Origin: Candidatus Saccharimonadota bacterium
GTDB lineage: Bacteria; Patescibacteriota; Saccharimonadia; Saccharimonadales; UBA4665
DNA length: 64,000 nt
Assembly (NCBI GenBank): GCA_014377525.1
Contig: JACMPL010000028.1
Coordinates: forward strand, 4,492 to 68,491
Direction of reading: 5' to 3'
This document shows positions 44,613 to 54,659 of the stretch, piece by piece. Every line of letters begins with the position of its first letter. Positions within the stretch are counted from its first letter, which is position 1. Below the pieces are notes generated by a model. It searched no databases. It saw only the letters and a program-made list of their open reading frames with translations, and had not been told where the DNA came from. The position numbers and the translations under genes are program-made.

Positions 44613-46208
44613 TTGACAAACCAAGAAAGAAATGCTATGGCAGAATTGCAATCACCGGTACGGCAAGTCGATCACGCCGAAGATGCGCAGCGCAGTCACA
44701 GCGAGATCATGGTCATCATCGGCGCTTTAATGCTGGCTATGCTGCTGGCGGCCCTCGACCAAACCATCGTGTCGACGGCGCTACCAACAATAGCCAACGA
44801 GCTGCACGGACTTAACGAGTACTCATGGGTCGCTACCTCATATCTGTTAACCAGTGCCATCGTTACGCCGCTGTACGGAAAAATCAGTGACCTATTTGGT
44901 CGTAAGAAAATATTTATCACCGCTATACTGCTCTTCCTTTTCGGATCAGTCCTATGTGGCTTGAGCCAAAACATGACGCAGCTTATTATTTTTCGGGGCA
45001 TCCAGGGGCTTGGCGGCGGTGGTATTTTTACCCTGGCGCTATCCATCGTCGGCGATATCGTACCACCTCGACAACGAGGTCGCTACCAAGGCTATTTCGG
45101 TGCGGTTTTTGGACTGTCCAGCGTGATAGGGCCATTACTTGGCGGCCTGTTTACCGATCATCTGTCATGGCGATGGATTTTTTATATAAACATTCCACTG
45201 GGTGCCGTCGCTATGTTTGCGATCTCTACTCGGCTGCATCTACAGGTTAAACGTTCCGAGCACCGCATCGACTTCTTGGGCGCTAGCCTGCTGGCTTCCG
45301 CTGGCGTGACCCTACTTCTAGGACTCGTCTGGGGCGGTACAAACTACCCATGGTCTTCACCAACAATTATCGGACTATTTATCGCTGCGATGGCATCGAC
45401 AGTACTATTTGTTCTGCGCGAAAGCCGAGCAGCCGAGCCGATCATTCCGCTAAGACTGTTTAAGAATAAAGTATTTACCGTCTCCGTGATGCTGAGTCTT
45501 CTATCTGGATTAGTCATGTTTGGCGCCATCCTGTTCTTACCGGAATTTCAGCAAATTGTCTTGGGCGAATCAGCTACCAAGTCCGGATTGCTGTTAACGC
45601 CATTGGTATTTGGATTGCTGGTAGGCTCACTTACTTCTGGCCGATTAATTACCAAGTACGGCCACTACCGCATTTTTCCGATCGTCGGTACTGCGCTCGT
45701 CACGCTTGGTTACTTCTTGTTTAGCCACTTGCAACAGGATACGAGCCGCGTACTTCTGACCATTTGGATGCTGACGCTCGGTCTGGGCATCGGATTGTTC
45801 ATGCAAGTCATGACCCTGGCTGTCCAGAACTCAGTTGATCGCAAAGACCTCGGCACCGCTACGTCGGTCGTCGTGTTCTTTCGAAGTATCGGTAGCTCAC
45901 TTGGTGCGGCAATTTTCGGAGCCATTCTGACATCGCGCTTAGCCTACCATTTAACCCAAACTGTACCCGGTGCAGCTGGTGCCGGTCTGGATACGAAGAA
46001 CCTGGCGGCTAGTCAAAGCCAATTAGTCGCTTTACCACCAATGGTGCATAGCGGGATATTAGAGGCTTTTACCCGGTCGTTCCACGATGTATTTACCTTC
46101 GGAATACCGTTTGCTATCTTGGCTTTCGTGGTGGCACTGTTTCTTAAGGAAGTTCCGCTTCGCGGCGCAAAGACAAATAATTCAACCGATCCTGAACCGC
46201 TTCATTAG
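44613..46208 (+). CDS. MFS transporter, DHA2 (EmrB/QacA-like, 14-TMS) family
   Basis: Supporting blocks are [24 protein letters not shown], and about 14 TM helices. The start is uncertain between TTG 44613 and ATG 44637. Confidence 0.85.
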   Translation: MTNQERNAMAELQSPVRQVDHAEDAQRSHSEIMVIIGALMLAMLLAALDQTIVSTALPTIANELHGLNEYSWVATSYLLTSAIVTPLYGKISDLFGRKKIFITAILLFLFGSVLCGLSQNMTQLIIFRGIQGLGGGGIFTLALSIVGDIVPPRQRGRYQGYFGAVFGLSSVIGPLLGGLFTDHLSWRWIFYINIPLGAVAMFAISTRLHLQVKRSEHRIDFLGASLLASAGVTLLLGLVWGGTNYPWSSPTIIGLFIAAMASTVLFVLRESRAAEPIIPLRLFKNKVFTVSVMLSLLSGLVMFGAILFLPEFQQIVLGESATKSGLLLTPLVFGLLVGSLTSGRLITKYGHYRIFPIVGTALVTLGYFLFSHLQQDTSRVLLTIWMLTLGLGIGLFMQVMTLAVQNSVDRKDLGTATSVVVFFRSIGSSLGAAIFGAILTSRLAYHLTQTVPGAAGAGLDTKNLAASQSQLVALPPMVHSGILEAFTRSFHDVFTFGIPFAILAFVVALFLKEVPLRGAKTNNSTDPEPLH

Positions 46209-46235
46209 CGCATAATCAGCAGGCAGGGAGCAGTT

Positions 46236-46595
46236 TTACTTGGTGAGCTTTGGCCAGTAAACGCGGGCCACGACATCGGCCTGGCGGAGCCAGCCAAAGT
46301 GCCGGCTATCAGTACTGGCTAGCAGGTTGTCACCGACCACGAATATGTGACCTTTCTCGATACGCTCGATGCGTTTCACTTTTTCTTTGCCATGGTGGTT
46401 AACAATCACCACTTGTCCTGGCCGTAGGCGCTTAAAAAGTGGTGAGGCTAACAGTATTTGGCCAGGTGACAGCTTCGGATACATACTCCGTCCGACTACT
46501 CGGCGGACAATAAAGATATGAGCTTCCTTAGCCTTTTTTGGTAGCCCAGAAAATCTCTGCGATTTCATCGATTTGCTCCAATAATTTTTGGCCAT
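46236..46595 (-). CDS. sodX: S26-family signal-peptidase-like protease, NiSOD maturation protease candidate
   Basis: It has VVGRSMYPKL (catalytic Ser) and VVGDNLLASTDSRHFG, and lies immediately downstream of sodN. The start is uncertain between ATG 46595 and ATG 46568, and both overlap the sodN 3' end. Confidence 0.7.
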   Translation of the reverse strand: MAKNYWSKSMKSQRFSGLPKKAKEAHIFIVRRVVGRSMYPKLSPGQILLASPLFKRLRPGQVVIVNHHGKEKVKRIERIEKGHIFVVGDNLLASTDSRHFGWLRQADVVARVYWPKLTK

Positions 46596-46923
46596 CGGCC
46601 GGGTCTAGATGATGCTTACATTCGCTAGCTTGCTTGATGGCTTTCCAAAACTTGTCATGCAGATCTGGATATAGCTCGATGTGCTCCGGCTTGAAATAAT
46701 CCGCCCAAAGCACCATCAAATGATGTTTGACCAGCTCGGCTCGTTCTTCCTTGATAATGATCGCTCTGATTTTATTGTGCTCGTCAAGACCAGGGTACTT
46801 TTCCATAATTCCTTTGACGCTTTGAGCCTCTATCCGAGCTTGAGCTGGATCGTAGACGCCGCAAGGAAGATCGCAGTGCGCGTAAACCGGTTTGATTGTG
46901 AACGGTAATTTCAGTAATTTCAT
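46528..46923 (-). CDS. sodN: Nickel superoxide dismutase precursor
   Basis: A 14-aa leader MKLLKLPFTIKPVYA precedes the Ni-hook HCDLPCGVYDPA. AGGAGG lies upstream of the ATG at 46923. Confidence 0.9.
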   Translation of the reverse strand: MKLLKLPFTIKPVYAHCDLPCGVYDPAQARIEAQSVKGIMEKYPGLDEHNKIRAIIIKEERAELVKHHLMVLWADYFKPEHIELYPDLHDKFWKAIKQASECKHHLDPADGQKLLEQIDEIAEIFWATKKG

Positions 46924-47027
46924 ATTTGTACCTCCTGTGGTAATTTTAATTATACGCCAAATACGCCGCTTAGATGTTAGTAAGCTTACAGAGTATCCAG
47001 ACAATATTCTTGCTATAATGTCATAAC

Positions 47028-47870
47028 ATGTCTAGTCCTGAACTATTTGAGCCTCGAACATTACGTGATAATTCCATCGCAATTGTCATAAACAACCATC
47101 TCGGTGGTACCGTTCGTATGTGCGATGGATCAATTGGTGACACCGGGCGCGATGCACAGGCAATCGCTAATCACACCGGGCGACTCGTCATCGCGCATAA
47201 TCGAATTGGCAGCGGTGACGATGCTTATTTCTCAGAGCAGCACGTCTACGATCCCCGCCGAACCATCGATACGTCAGCCAGACAGTGGGCCGAAGAAGTG
47301 TTGCCGTTTATTGAACGCAGTGGTGTCGACAGCGTTCACTTACTAGGCAAATCGGTCGGAGCGACGCCATTACTCGCCGTGGCTAAGCAAGATATACTGC
47401 CCATCAGCGGCATTTGCGCGGTTGAACCGATCGGATTTACCAGAATGAGTAGCTGGCAGGCCAAAGCCCGAGTCGCCGCCTATAAATTAATTGAATCGTG
47501 TTTTAGCGGTGACGATTCATCTACCGTCGAAACACTATCTACGGGTAAGTTGCGACGAGTCGCCATTGATATTGCGCATAATCAAGCAGGATGGCGATCA
47601 ACTGATGCACTCAACGCTATCGGTATACTCGGCTATGCGCCGCAGCTTCGACACATCGCCGTGCATCTGGCATTTGCGGGCATGTCGCTGGCCGGACTCC
47701 GTTCAGAATTAAAAGCACGGATTATCCTACTTCATGCCAGCCGCCAAAACCTTGATACTACGCCTCTATCGGTTTCTTTTGTTCCCGGTACCACCCACCG
47801 GTCGTTTAATTCGGCTGAACGCTACATCGCCCAGTACGTACAGCTCGATCAAATGACTAAGCAAACTTAG
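47028..47870 (+). CDS. Hypothetical protein, possibly with an alpha/beta-hydrolase fold
   Basis: The only support is a GxSxG-like elbow (HLLGKSVGATPLL). I did not recognise a family. Confidence 0.35.
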   Translation: MSSPELFEPRTLRDNSIAIVINNHLGGTVRMCDGSIGDTGRDAQAIANHTGRLVIAHNRIGSGDDAYFSEQHVYDPRRTIDTSARQWAEEVLPFIERSGVDSVHLLGKSVGATPLLAVAKQDILPISGICAVEPIGFTRMSSWQAKARVAAYKLIESCFSGDDSSTVETLSTGKLRRVAIDIAHNQAGWRSTDALNAIGILGYAPQLRHIAVHLAFAGMSLAGLRSELKARIILLHASRQNLDTTPLSVSFVPGTTHRSFNSAERYIAQYVQLDQMTKQT

Positions 47871-47876
47871 AATTAG

Positions 47877-48527
47877 TTAATGTCTGCCGTTTTGCTTGCG
47901 CCAAGCTTCTATCTGAGCGTGGTTACCACTGAGCAACACTGCGGGAACGGCTTTGTCCTGAAACACTTCTGGTCGAGTATATTGGGGAAACTCAATAGTT
48001 TCGTCATCTTGCTGGAAAGATTCGATTTCGGTGCTGTTCTCGCCGCCCAGTACGCCAGGGAGCAGCCTCACTACCGAATCAATCAATATCATTGCCGGTA
48101 ATTCTCCGCCTGTTAAAACGTAGTTACCAATACAGAACGACTCGTCGATCCACTGAGTTATGCGCTCATCGTAACCTTCGTAGCGGGGACAAATTATAAT
48201 AATGCCGTTGTCACTGGCCGCTAGACGCTTAGCATCGGACTGTTTATATACTTTACCACGAGGCGTGGGTAAAAATACTGTCGCCGTCGGATCGTTGGCT
48301 TTGGCAACGGCGATTGCTTTAACGAGTGGTTCAACCATCAGTAACATGCCGTCACCACCGCCATACGGCGTATCATCAACTTGTTTGCGGGGACCGTTAC
48401 CATATTCACGCAAATGTATGAACGAGTATTCGGCAATGCTGCGGTTGACGGCCTTCCAGAGCATGCTGTTACCAAGCACTCCTTCGAACATTTCGGGGAA
48501 TAGGGTAATGATCTGGATCTTTTTAAT
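47877..48527 (-). CDS. trmD: tRNA (guanine37-N1)-methyltransferase, probably with a non-canonical ATT start
   Basis: TrmD blocks are present (VDDTPYGGGDGML, IIICPRYEGYDERI, IGNYVLTGGELPA). The conserved N-terminal strand IKKIQIITLFPEM is in frame upstream of the first ATG (48491), and no ATG, GTG or TTG occurs before the upstream stop. Confidence 0.85.
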   Translation of the reverse strand: MKKIQIITLFPEMFEGVLGNSMLWKAVNRSIAEYSFIHLREYGNGPRKQVDDTPYGGGDGMLLMVEPLVKAIAVAKANDPTATVFLPTPRGKVYKQSDAKRLAASDNGIIIICPRYEGYDERITQWIDESFCIGNYVLTGGELPAMILIDSVVRLLPGVLGGENSTEIESFQQDDETIEFPQYTRPEVFQDKAVPAVLLSGNHAQIEAWRKQNGRH

Positions 48528-48594
48528 AATTTGTCTTTCTTGACGACAGTAAAGTTAACTAGATACAAACCTATAATAAAATAGTTCTACCATC

Positions 48595-48624
48595 AAAACA
48601 ACCCTAGTTACCTAGGGTTGTTTT
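48595..48624. terminator. Bidirectional intrinsic terminator hairpin AAAACAACCCTAG-TTAC-CTAGGGTTGTTTT
   Basis: It is a 13-bp stem with A- and T-runs on either side, located between the KH-protein gene and trmD. Confidence 0.6.
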
Positions 48625-48800
48625 GTCACATAAGGCTCCCATTTCATAATCTTGTAGGATTGTGGAATGGCTCGCAGAACCTTTGTTTTTGTTTTTGTAA
48701 CGTAACGTCGTTAACCGACTGTTATAAATATAGCTCATCGTGGTAACGGTTTCAAGTTAGTTCACGCTTATTACAACGATGCGAGCGGTTTACATACTAT

Positions 48801-49319
48801 TTAGTCGTCGAGATCTTCGAGGTCGCGACGCAGATGTTTCACCCGGTCACTCGATTCGATTGCTACAGCATCATTTGCAGTGTCGGTCGCTGCGGTTGCC
48901 GTGTGATCAACGGATGATCGCACCGGTTTTGCCCCAGGTCTCGAATGCGCTACTTCGGTCCCCGAAGAGAACGTATCGCTATCTTCCCCACTGGCGACAG
49001 CATCGGATTTGGCGGGACGGTCTGTGTCATGATCATCGTGGTGGCCATGGTTATCATGGTGGTAGTCACCGACGCCATTATCAATAATCTTTAAGTTGTA
49101 GCGAGCATCGTTCTTGGTGCCCAAGGCACGCAAAAGTGTACGCAAACTCTGGGCAGTTGCGCCGCGTTTGCCAATTACGCGACCAAGATCTTCGGGATCT
49201 ACAGTTAATTCTAATAAAACGCCCTTTTCATCGATGCGTCGTTCAACAACTACTCCATCAGGATTACTTACGAGGGACTTTACGACAAATTCAACAAATT
49301 GCTGGTCAATACTACTCAT
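48801..49319 (-). CDS. KH-domain RNA-binding protein (YlqC/UPF0109-like) with a His/Asp-rich C-terminal extension
   Basis: The KH core is LLELTVDPEDLGRVIGKRGATAQSLRTLL. It is followed by about 95 extra residues including DYHHDNHGHHDDHDTD. Confidence 0.75.
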   Translation of the reverse strand: MSSIDQQFVEFVVKSLVSNPDGVVVERRIDEKGVLLELTVDPEDLGRVIGKRGATAQSLRTLLRALGTKNDARYNLKIIDNGVGDYHHDNHGHHDDHDTDRPAKSDAVASGEDSDTFSSGTEVAHSRPGAKPVRSSVDHTATAATDTANDAVAIESSDRVKHLRRDLEDLDD

Positions 49320-49436
49320 TTAAAATGTGCCTCACTTACTGGTAACGATTATTATAGCAATATGCTGCTCGACAAGCTTGTGAAATTTCTCGCAAGTTAG
49401 CAATACAATTTAGTGTACACAGACGTCTGCCAGATT

Positions 49437-49814
49437 CTAGGCTTCGACTTCAACTGGAGCAGCAGGAGTTTCAGCTGGAGTCTCTACCACCGCTTCCGGA
49501 GCTGGTGTCGTACTACGGCGCTTATCGGCATGGCGGGTTGTACGAGTTTTATTTACGGTCAGTTTAACCCACTTAGGCAGCGTAACACCATCGCTGGCAA
49601 TTAACCGAGCGGCCCGGTCAGATGGCTGAGCGCCATGTTCCAGGTAGAAAGCAGCTTTTTCTTTGTCAAGAATCAAGTTCTTAGCGTGCGGGTCGTAGCT
49701 ACCGAGCTGTGCAACGACTTTACCGCTCGTAGGGGTGACATGGGATTCTTGGACGACGACGCGAAACATTGCGTGTCCTTTACGGCCGGTTCGTTGCATG
49801 CGGATGGCTAACAT
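49437..49814 (-). CDS. rpsP: 30S ribosomal protein S16 with a C-terminal extension
   Basis: The N-terminus MLAIRMQRTGRKGHAMFRVVVQES...GSYDP matches S16. Confidence 0.9.
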   Translation of the reverse strand: MLAIRMQRTGRKGHAMFRVVVQESHVTPTSGKVVAQLGSYDPHAKNLILDKEKAAFYLEHGAQPSDRAARLIASDGVTLPKWVKLTVNKTRTTRHADKRRSTTPAPEAVVETPAETPAAPVEVEA

Positions 49815-49969
49815 AGATCTATTGGACTCGCTTCCTAAGTGAAATTTTACTAATCACTAAAATTATTAGTTATGTAGTTAGTTTATAAGACAATCTTGTT
49901 TATTTTACAGATAACCGCCCCTGTTGTCAACCGACAAATGGGATACACGCTCGCTGAGTGGTGGATAGA

Positions 49970-50677
49970 TCAGGCGTTTTTATGCGCTTGATAATAAATA
50001 AGGGCCACTACAGCCGCTTTTTGTTGACCGGCCTGCTTACTCGGCCCCTCGCCCTGGCCCCGAATAACACCGTTCACATAGACGCCGACCGTAAAGATTT
50101 TATCGTGGTCAGGTCCAACCTCGTTCATAACTTTGTACACCGGCGTAGCACCGTCCTGGCTTTGGGCTAACTCTTGTAAATGCGATTTTGGGTCCATCCA
50201 CGAACCACTGGCGAGAATATGTTCGAACGTCGAGATAACACTCTGCGTTACGAACTGCTTGGCGGCGTCGTAGCCCTGGTCGAGGTAAATTGCACCGGTG
50301 ACAGCTTCGAAACTATTCGCTAAAATTTGAGCGCGCGCCCGCTCGGTACCACGTTTCTCGCCACGGCTCAGCCGTAATAGCGGCTCAAAATCAAATGCGA
50401 CCGCCGCGGCACCGATACTCTCAGTCCGCACCAGAGCGCTGCGCCAGTTCGTCAAAATACCTTCGGGGTCTTTGTAATTACGATATAAATATTCGGTCAC
50501 AACCAGCTCCAAAACGGCGTCACCTAAGAATTCTAAACGTTCGTTGTGTTCGCTGACGGTTTTTTTATGCTCGTTAAGGTACGACCGATGTGTAAAGGCT
50601 GTGATAAGTAAGTTGATGTCGTCGAAGGTTACGTTGAGTTTCTCTTTGGCAAACGTAACATAAATACTAGAATCCAT
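49970..50677 (-). CDS. rnc: Ribonuclease III
   Basis: It has the signature NERLEFLGDAVLELVV and a C-terminal dsRBD. Confidence 0.9.
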   Translation of the reverse strand: MDSSIYVTFAKEKLNVTFDDINLLITAFTHRSYLNEHKKTVSEHNERLEFLGDAVLELVVTEYLYRNYKDPEGILTNWRSALVRTESIGAAAVAFDFEPLLRLSRGEKRGTERARAQILANSFEAVTGAIYLDQGYDAAKQFVTQSVISTFEHILASGSWMDPKSHLQELAQSQDGATPVYKVMNEVGPDHDKIFTVGVYVNGVIRGQGEGPSKQAGQQKAAVVALIYYQAHKNA

Positions 50678-50679
50678 GG

Positions 50680-51177
50680 CTATAATTTACCATCCCGAAT
50701 GCGTTTCATGCCAATAAGTATCAGTTTGCCGATATCTTCGTAGGCGATTTTATCAACTGCTTCGGTGGCTGGCATCCATTTTATATCGGTCAGCCAGTCT
50801 TCGCCTTTCAGCGAATTAGTGTCGCCTTTACCTTCAACCAGATAAATATGCATCGTCATCAGAACAAGCGTATGGGCTCGCCGATAGCGGAAGTTCACCT
50901 TACCGAGCCAATTGTACATTTTCATTTCTTGGAGGCCGGTTTCTTCGTTGATTTCACGCTCGGCGGTTTGCTTTGGTTCTTCGCCAGGCTCGACATGACC
51001 TTTGGGAATAGTCCAACGATTCTTAGCATCACGAATCAACAGAATCTGTAATGCGCCCTGTTCGTCACGGCGGAATATTATGCCTCCCGAAGTAGTCTCA
51101 CGGACAACCTCGTCAATAACGGGTCGGCGCTTGGAAACCAAGTTCTTAATACCTTGCAATGGGTTTGGTCGTTTCAT
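50680..51177 (-). CDS. NUDIX hydrolase
   Basis: The Nudix box GHVEPGEEPKQTAEREINEETG is present. Confidence 0.85.
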   Translation of the reverse strand: MKRPNPLQGIKNLVSKRRPVIDEVVRETTSGGIIFRRDEQGALQILLIRDAKNRWTIPKGHVEPGEEPKQTAEREINEETGLQEMKMYNWLGKVNFRYRRAHTLVLMTMHIYLVEGKGDTNSLKGEDWLTDIKWMPATEAVDKIAYEDIGKLILIGMKRIRDGKL

Positions 51178-51794
51178 GCGGCTTTCTTAATCTTTGTATC
51201 ATTGATTGCTTTCTTGGCTACTTTGGACTTACCGGCAACTCTTTTAACCGGTGCTTTGGTTGCTGGAGTTTTCACTACTATAGTTTTCGTTGCCGTAGCT
51301 TTTTTTGGAACCGGTAATTTTGTAGACGTCTTTGGAATTGCTGATTCTGTGGCTAATTCCGGATTGGCCGCTTCGCGTTCGCGCAAGAGCGTACCGAGTA
51401 CTCCGTTGATAAATTTCGAAGAATTATTTCCACCGAAGGCTTTGGCAAGTTCGACGGCTTCGTTGATCACGACTTTAGCTGGAATATCTTCGCTGTTTTC
51501 GAGCTCATATAGTCCGATTCTGAGTACCAGGCGGTCCATGCGGGCGATATCTTTGATCGGCCACTCTGGTGCTACCGGCTGGAGCTTGGCATCGAGTAGC
51601 TCGGCATTCTTGGCGACACCAGCGACCAGCTGAGCAATGAAATCGAGGTCATCGACCATTTCTTTATAACGCTGAATATTGCGTTGCAATATTTCGGCGT
51701 CAGCAAAATCTGGGTCACCCGCTTCCATGCGGAAATCCTGCTCATAAAGCGTTTGGAGGGCTATGATGCGGCCGAGATGACGATTGGATGCCAT
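51174..51794 (-). CDS. nusB: Transcription antitermination factor NusB with a Lys/Ala/Thr-rich basic tail
   Basis: The NusB core is RIIALQTLYEQDF...VINEAVELAK. It is followed by about 60 aa of KKATATKTIVVKTPATKAPVKR-type tail. Confidence 0.8.
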   Translation of the reverse strand: MASNRHLGRIIALQTLYEQDFRMEAGDPDFADAEILQRNIQRYKEMVDDLDFIAQLVAGVAKNAELLDAKLQPVAPEWPIKDIARMDRLVLRIGLYELENSEDIPAKVVINEAVELAKAFGGNNSSKFINGVLGTLLREREAANPELATESAIPKTSTKLPVPKKATATKTIVVKTPATKAPVKRVAGKSKVAKKAINDTKIKKAA

Positions 51795-51856
51795 ATTGTT
51801 AAATCCTTAATGAATAGCTCTGTATTTGCAGAACTATTTCTTCTAACGAGGTTTCG

Positions 51857-52012
51857 TTAGGCAGTAACTTCGGCTTTGCGGCCAGTTTCATGCTTAGTGG
51901 TGTGTACTTTGACGGGTGATTTGCCATTAACTTTGCGGGCTAGTTCGAGCACGATGTGGCTTCGACGAGTACCGGTTTTGCGGGGGCTGGTTCGCTTCTT
52001 TGGTTTTCCCAT
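51857..52012 (-). CDS. rpmF: 50S ribosomal protein L32
   Basis: This 51-codon ORF is below the ORF-track cutoff and was found by hand. It reads MGKPKKRTSPRKTGTRRSHIVLEL.., which matches the L32 N-terminal signature. Confidence 0.8.
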   Translation of the reverse strand: MGKPKKRTSPRKTGTRRSHIVLELARKVNGKSPVKVHTTKHETGRKAEVTA

Positions 52013-52142
52013 GAGTTATAGTCCTTCCTCGATTGGTGTAAGACAAGCAGGCTTACATTAATAAATCTTGTTTCTATCGTACTGCAAATACCCTGTAAAG
52101 ACAAGCTGGAAATTGCAATAAACGAGTATTTATGTCTTGAAA

Positions 52143-54623
52143 CTAGACAACAAAATTTATTAGCTTGCCCGGAACATAAATAGTTTTACGAACGATGCTA
52201 CCGGCTAACGAGTCGATTATTCTAGGATCTGATTGAGCGGCTGAAACTATCGTCTGCTCATCAGCGCCAGTCGCAACCGTTATTTCGCTGCGAATTTTTC
52301 CATTGATTTGCACGCCTATGGTCTGCTCGGCCATGACCAAGTACTGCTCGTCGTAGGCTGGCCAACCTGCCAAATGAATCGATTGTTCATGGCCAATTTG
52401 CTGCCAAAGTTCCTCGGCAAAGTGTGGTGCAAACGGCGCAATCAGTTTTACCATATTTTCGAGGCCGCTGCGCCAAGCATTGACGGAGGCGAATCCGTCC
52501 TGATCTTTTAATTTGTACAGCTGGTTTAGGGCCTCCATTTGAGCCGCGATTGCCGTGTTAAAACTCATGGTATCTAGATCAGCCGAAACTTTTTTGATGG
52601 CCGCATGTACCGCGCGCATAATATCGGCCTGGGCCTCGGTATCATCAAGATTACCGACTAGGGTTTCACTATCCAAAAATTCTTGTGTCAACGTCCAAAG
52701 GCGCTGCAAGAAACGATGAGTGCCAGCAACACTCTCCGGATTCCACGGGGTTGTTTGGTCATACGGCGCTAAGAATGCAATGCTGAGACGCAGCGCATCT
52801 GCCCCGTAGCCACTGGCGATAACATCGGTCGGACTAATAACATTGCCCTTACTCTTACTCATCTTGGTGCCATCGACTGCCTGAATAATACCCTGACCCC
52901 GGCGGGCAGCGTATGGCTCCTTGGTCGGCACCATACCTTGATCGTACAAGAACTCATGCCAAAACCGAGAATAGAGCAAGTGCAGCGTGGTGTGCTCCAT
53001 GCCTCCAAGATACATGTCTACTTGACCCCAGTAATCTAGCTTCTTAGGATCAGCGAACTGTTCGTTATTGCGCGCATCAAAGTAACGCAAATAATACCAG
53101 CTACTACCAGCCCAATTCGGCATGGTATCAGTCTCTCCCTCGGCCGGCTTACCGCAAGCTGGACAGGTCGTTTCAACCCAATCACGGATTGACACTAGCG
53201 GACTCTCACCGGTGTCAGTTGGCTCATAATGGTCAACTGGCGGCAGAACTACCGGTAATTGGGCTTCCGGTACAGCAACTGCACCGTGCTCCAGGCAGTG
53301 AATAATCGGAATCGGCTCCCCCCAATAATGTTGGCGGCTAAATACCCAATCTCGTAACTTGTAGTTAATCTTCTCGACCGCTGGGCCGGCTGAAACCAGC
53401 TTTTCAAAAATCTGATCACCAGCCGCTCGGTTTGCTAGTCCATCGTATGGTTCGCCACTATTGATCTGAGTGCCGCTACCGGTATAGACGTGGGTAGAAG
53501 CGGTATCTTGATAGTCGGCCGAGGCACTGGTCGTAAATACGACCGGGATGTCATGCTTTATTGCGAATTCACGGTCGCGCAGATCATGCCCTGGCATTCC
53601 CATAACGGCGCCAGTTCCATAGCCAGCCAGCACGTAACTCGCTGCGTAAACAGGGATGACTTGATCGTTGAATGGATTTTTGGCATAGCCGCCCACAAAA
53701 ACACCGCTCTTACTTTTGTCTTCCTGCCGCTCGATGTCTGTCATACTCGAAACCGTTTGACGATAGCTGCCGACTCGTCCGGCATGGTCGGGCGCCATAA
53801 TCGTATCTAGCAAAGCCGACTCAGGTGCGATAACGATAAATGTAACGCCAGGAATGGTATCTTTGCGGGTGGTAAACGTCTCAAAACTATCACCAGTTTC
53901 GTCGCCATTTCGGTCGCAGACTTTCCAAGTAATCTCCGCACCCTTGCTGCGTCCAATCCAGTTTATTTGCTGATCGGCGATGCGGCTTGGGTAGTCAACA
54001 TCCTTTAAACCCGCTATCAAACGGTCGGCATACTTAGTAATACGCAGGATCCACTGTTTTAGTAGCTTCTTCTCGACCAGCGTATCGCACCGTTCATGAC
54101 GACCGTTAATAACTTCTTCGTTCGATAATCCAGTTTTGCAGTGGGGGCACCAGTTTATGGCTATCTCGTCCTGATACGCCATGCCCGCTGCATAAAATTT
54201 TAGAAATAACCACTGCGTCCATTTGTAATATTCTGGATCAGACGTGTGAACACTACGCGACCAATCGACGCTGAGCCCTAAACTTTCCATCTGTTTTTGG
54301 AAGTTGGCGACGTTGACCTGCGTTGCCGCTTGGGGTGAAACTTTATTTTTAATAGCATAATTTTCCGTTGGCAAACCAAATTCGTCATAGCCCATCGGAA
54401 AGAGGACGTTGTAGCCTTGAGCTCGTTTGTGCCGTGCCATGATGTCGCCATAGGTATATTCACGGGTATGCCCCATGTGAATGCCGGTACCGGACGGATA
54501 CGGAAATTCCGTCAACATCACGTATTTAGGGCGATCATCGTAGTCAATCGCCGCAAAGGCATGGTTTTCAGTCCATATCTGTTGCCATTTTGGTTCTATA
54601 TTTTTAGGATTGTATCGGTTCAT
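52143..54623 (-). CDS. leuS: Leucyl-tRNA synthetase
   Basis: It has NPKNIEPKWQQIW, a HIGH-type motif (GIHMGH) and KMSKS, and its length is 826 aa. Confidence 0.95.
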   Translation of the reverse strand: MNRYNPKNIEPKWQQIWTENHAFAAIDYDDRPKYVMLTEFPYPSGTGIHMGHTREYTYGDIMARHKRAQGYNVLFPMGYDEFGLPTENYAIKNKVSPQAATQVNVANFQKQMESLGLSVDWSRSVHTSDPEYYKWTQWLFLKFYAAGMAYQDEIAINWCPHCKTGLSNEEVINGRHERCDTLVEKKLLKQWILRITKYADRLIAGLKDVDYPSRIADQQINWIGRSKGAEITWKVCDRNGDETGDSFETFTTRKDTIPGVTFIVIAPESALLDTIMAPDHAGRVGSYRQTVSSMTDIERQEDKSKSGVFVGGYAKNPFNDQVIPVYAASYVLAGYGTGAVMGMPGHDLRDREFAIKHDIPVVFTTSASADYQDTASTHVYTGSGTQINSGEPYDGLANRAAGDQIFEKLVSAGPAVEKINYKLRDWVFSRQHYWGEPIPIIHCLEHGAVAVPEAQLPVVLPPVDHYEPTDTGESPLVSIRDWVETTCPACGKPAEGETDTMPNWAGSSWYYLRYFDARNNEQFADPKKLDYWGQVDMYLGGMEHTTLHLLYSRFWHEFLYDQGMVPTKEPYAARRGQGIIQAVDGTKMSKSKGNVISPTDVIASGYGADALRLSIAFLAPYDQTTPWNPESVAGTHRFLQRLWTLTQEFLDSETLVGNLDDTEAQADIMRAVHAAIKKVSADLDTMSFNTAIAAQMEALNQLYKLKDQDGFASVNAWRSGLENMVKLIAPFAPHFAEELWQQIGHEQSIHLAGWPAYDEQYLVMAEQTIGVQINGKIRSEITVATGADEQTIVSAAQSDPRIIDSLAGSIVRKTIYVPGKLINFVV

Positions 54624-54659
54624 AGAATCTTATTATATCAGACGCACAGGGGTGAAAAT

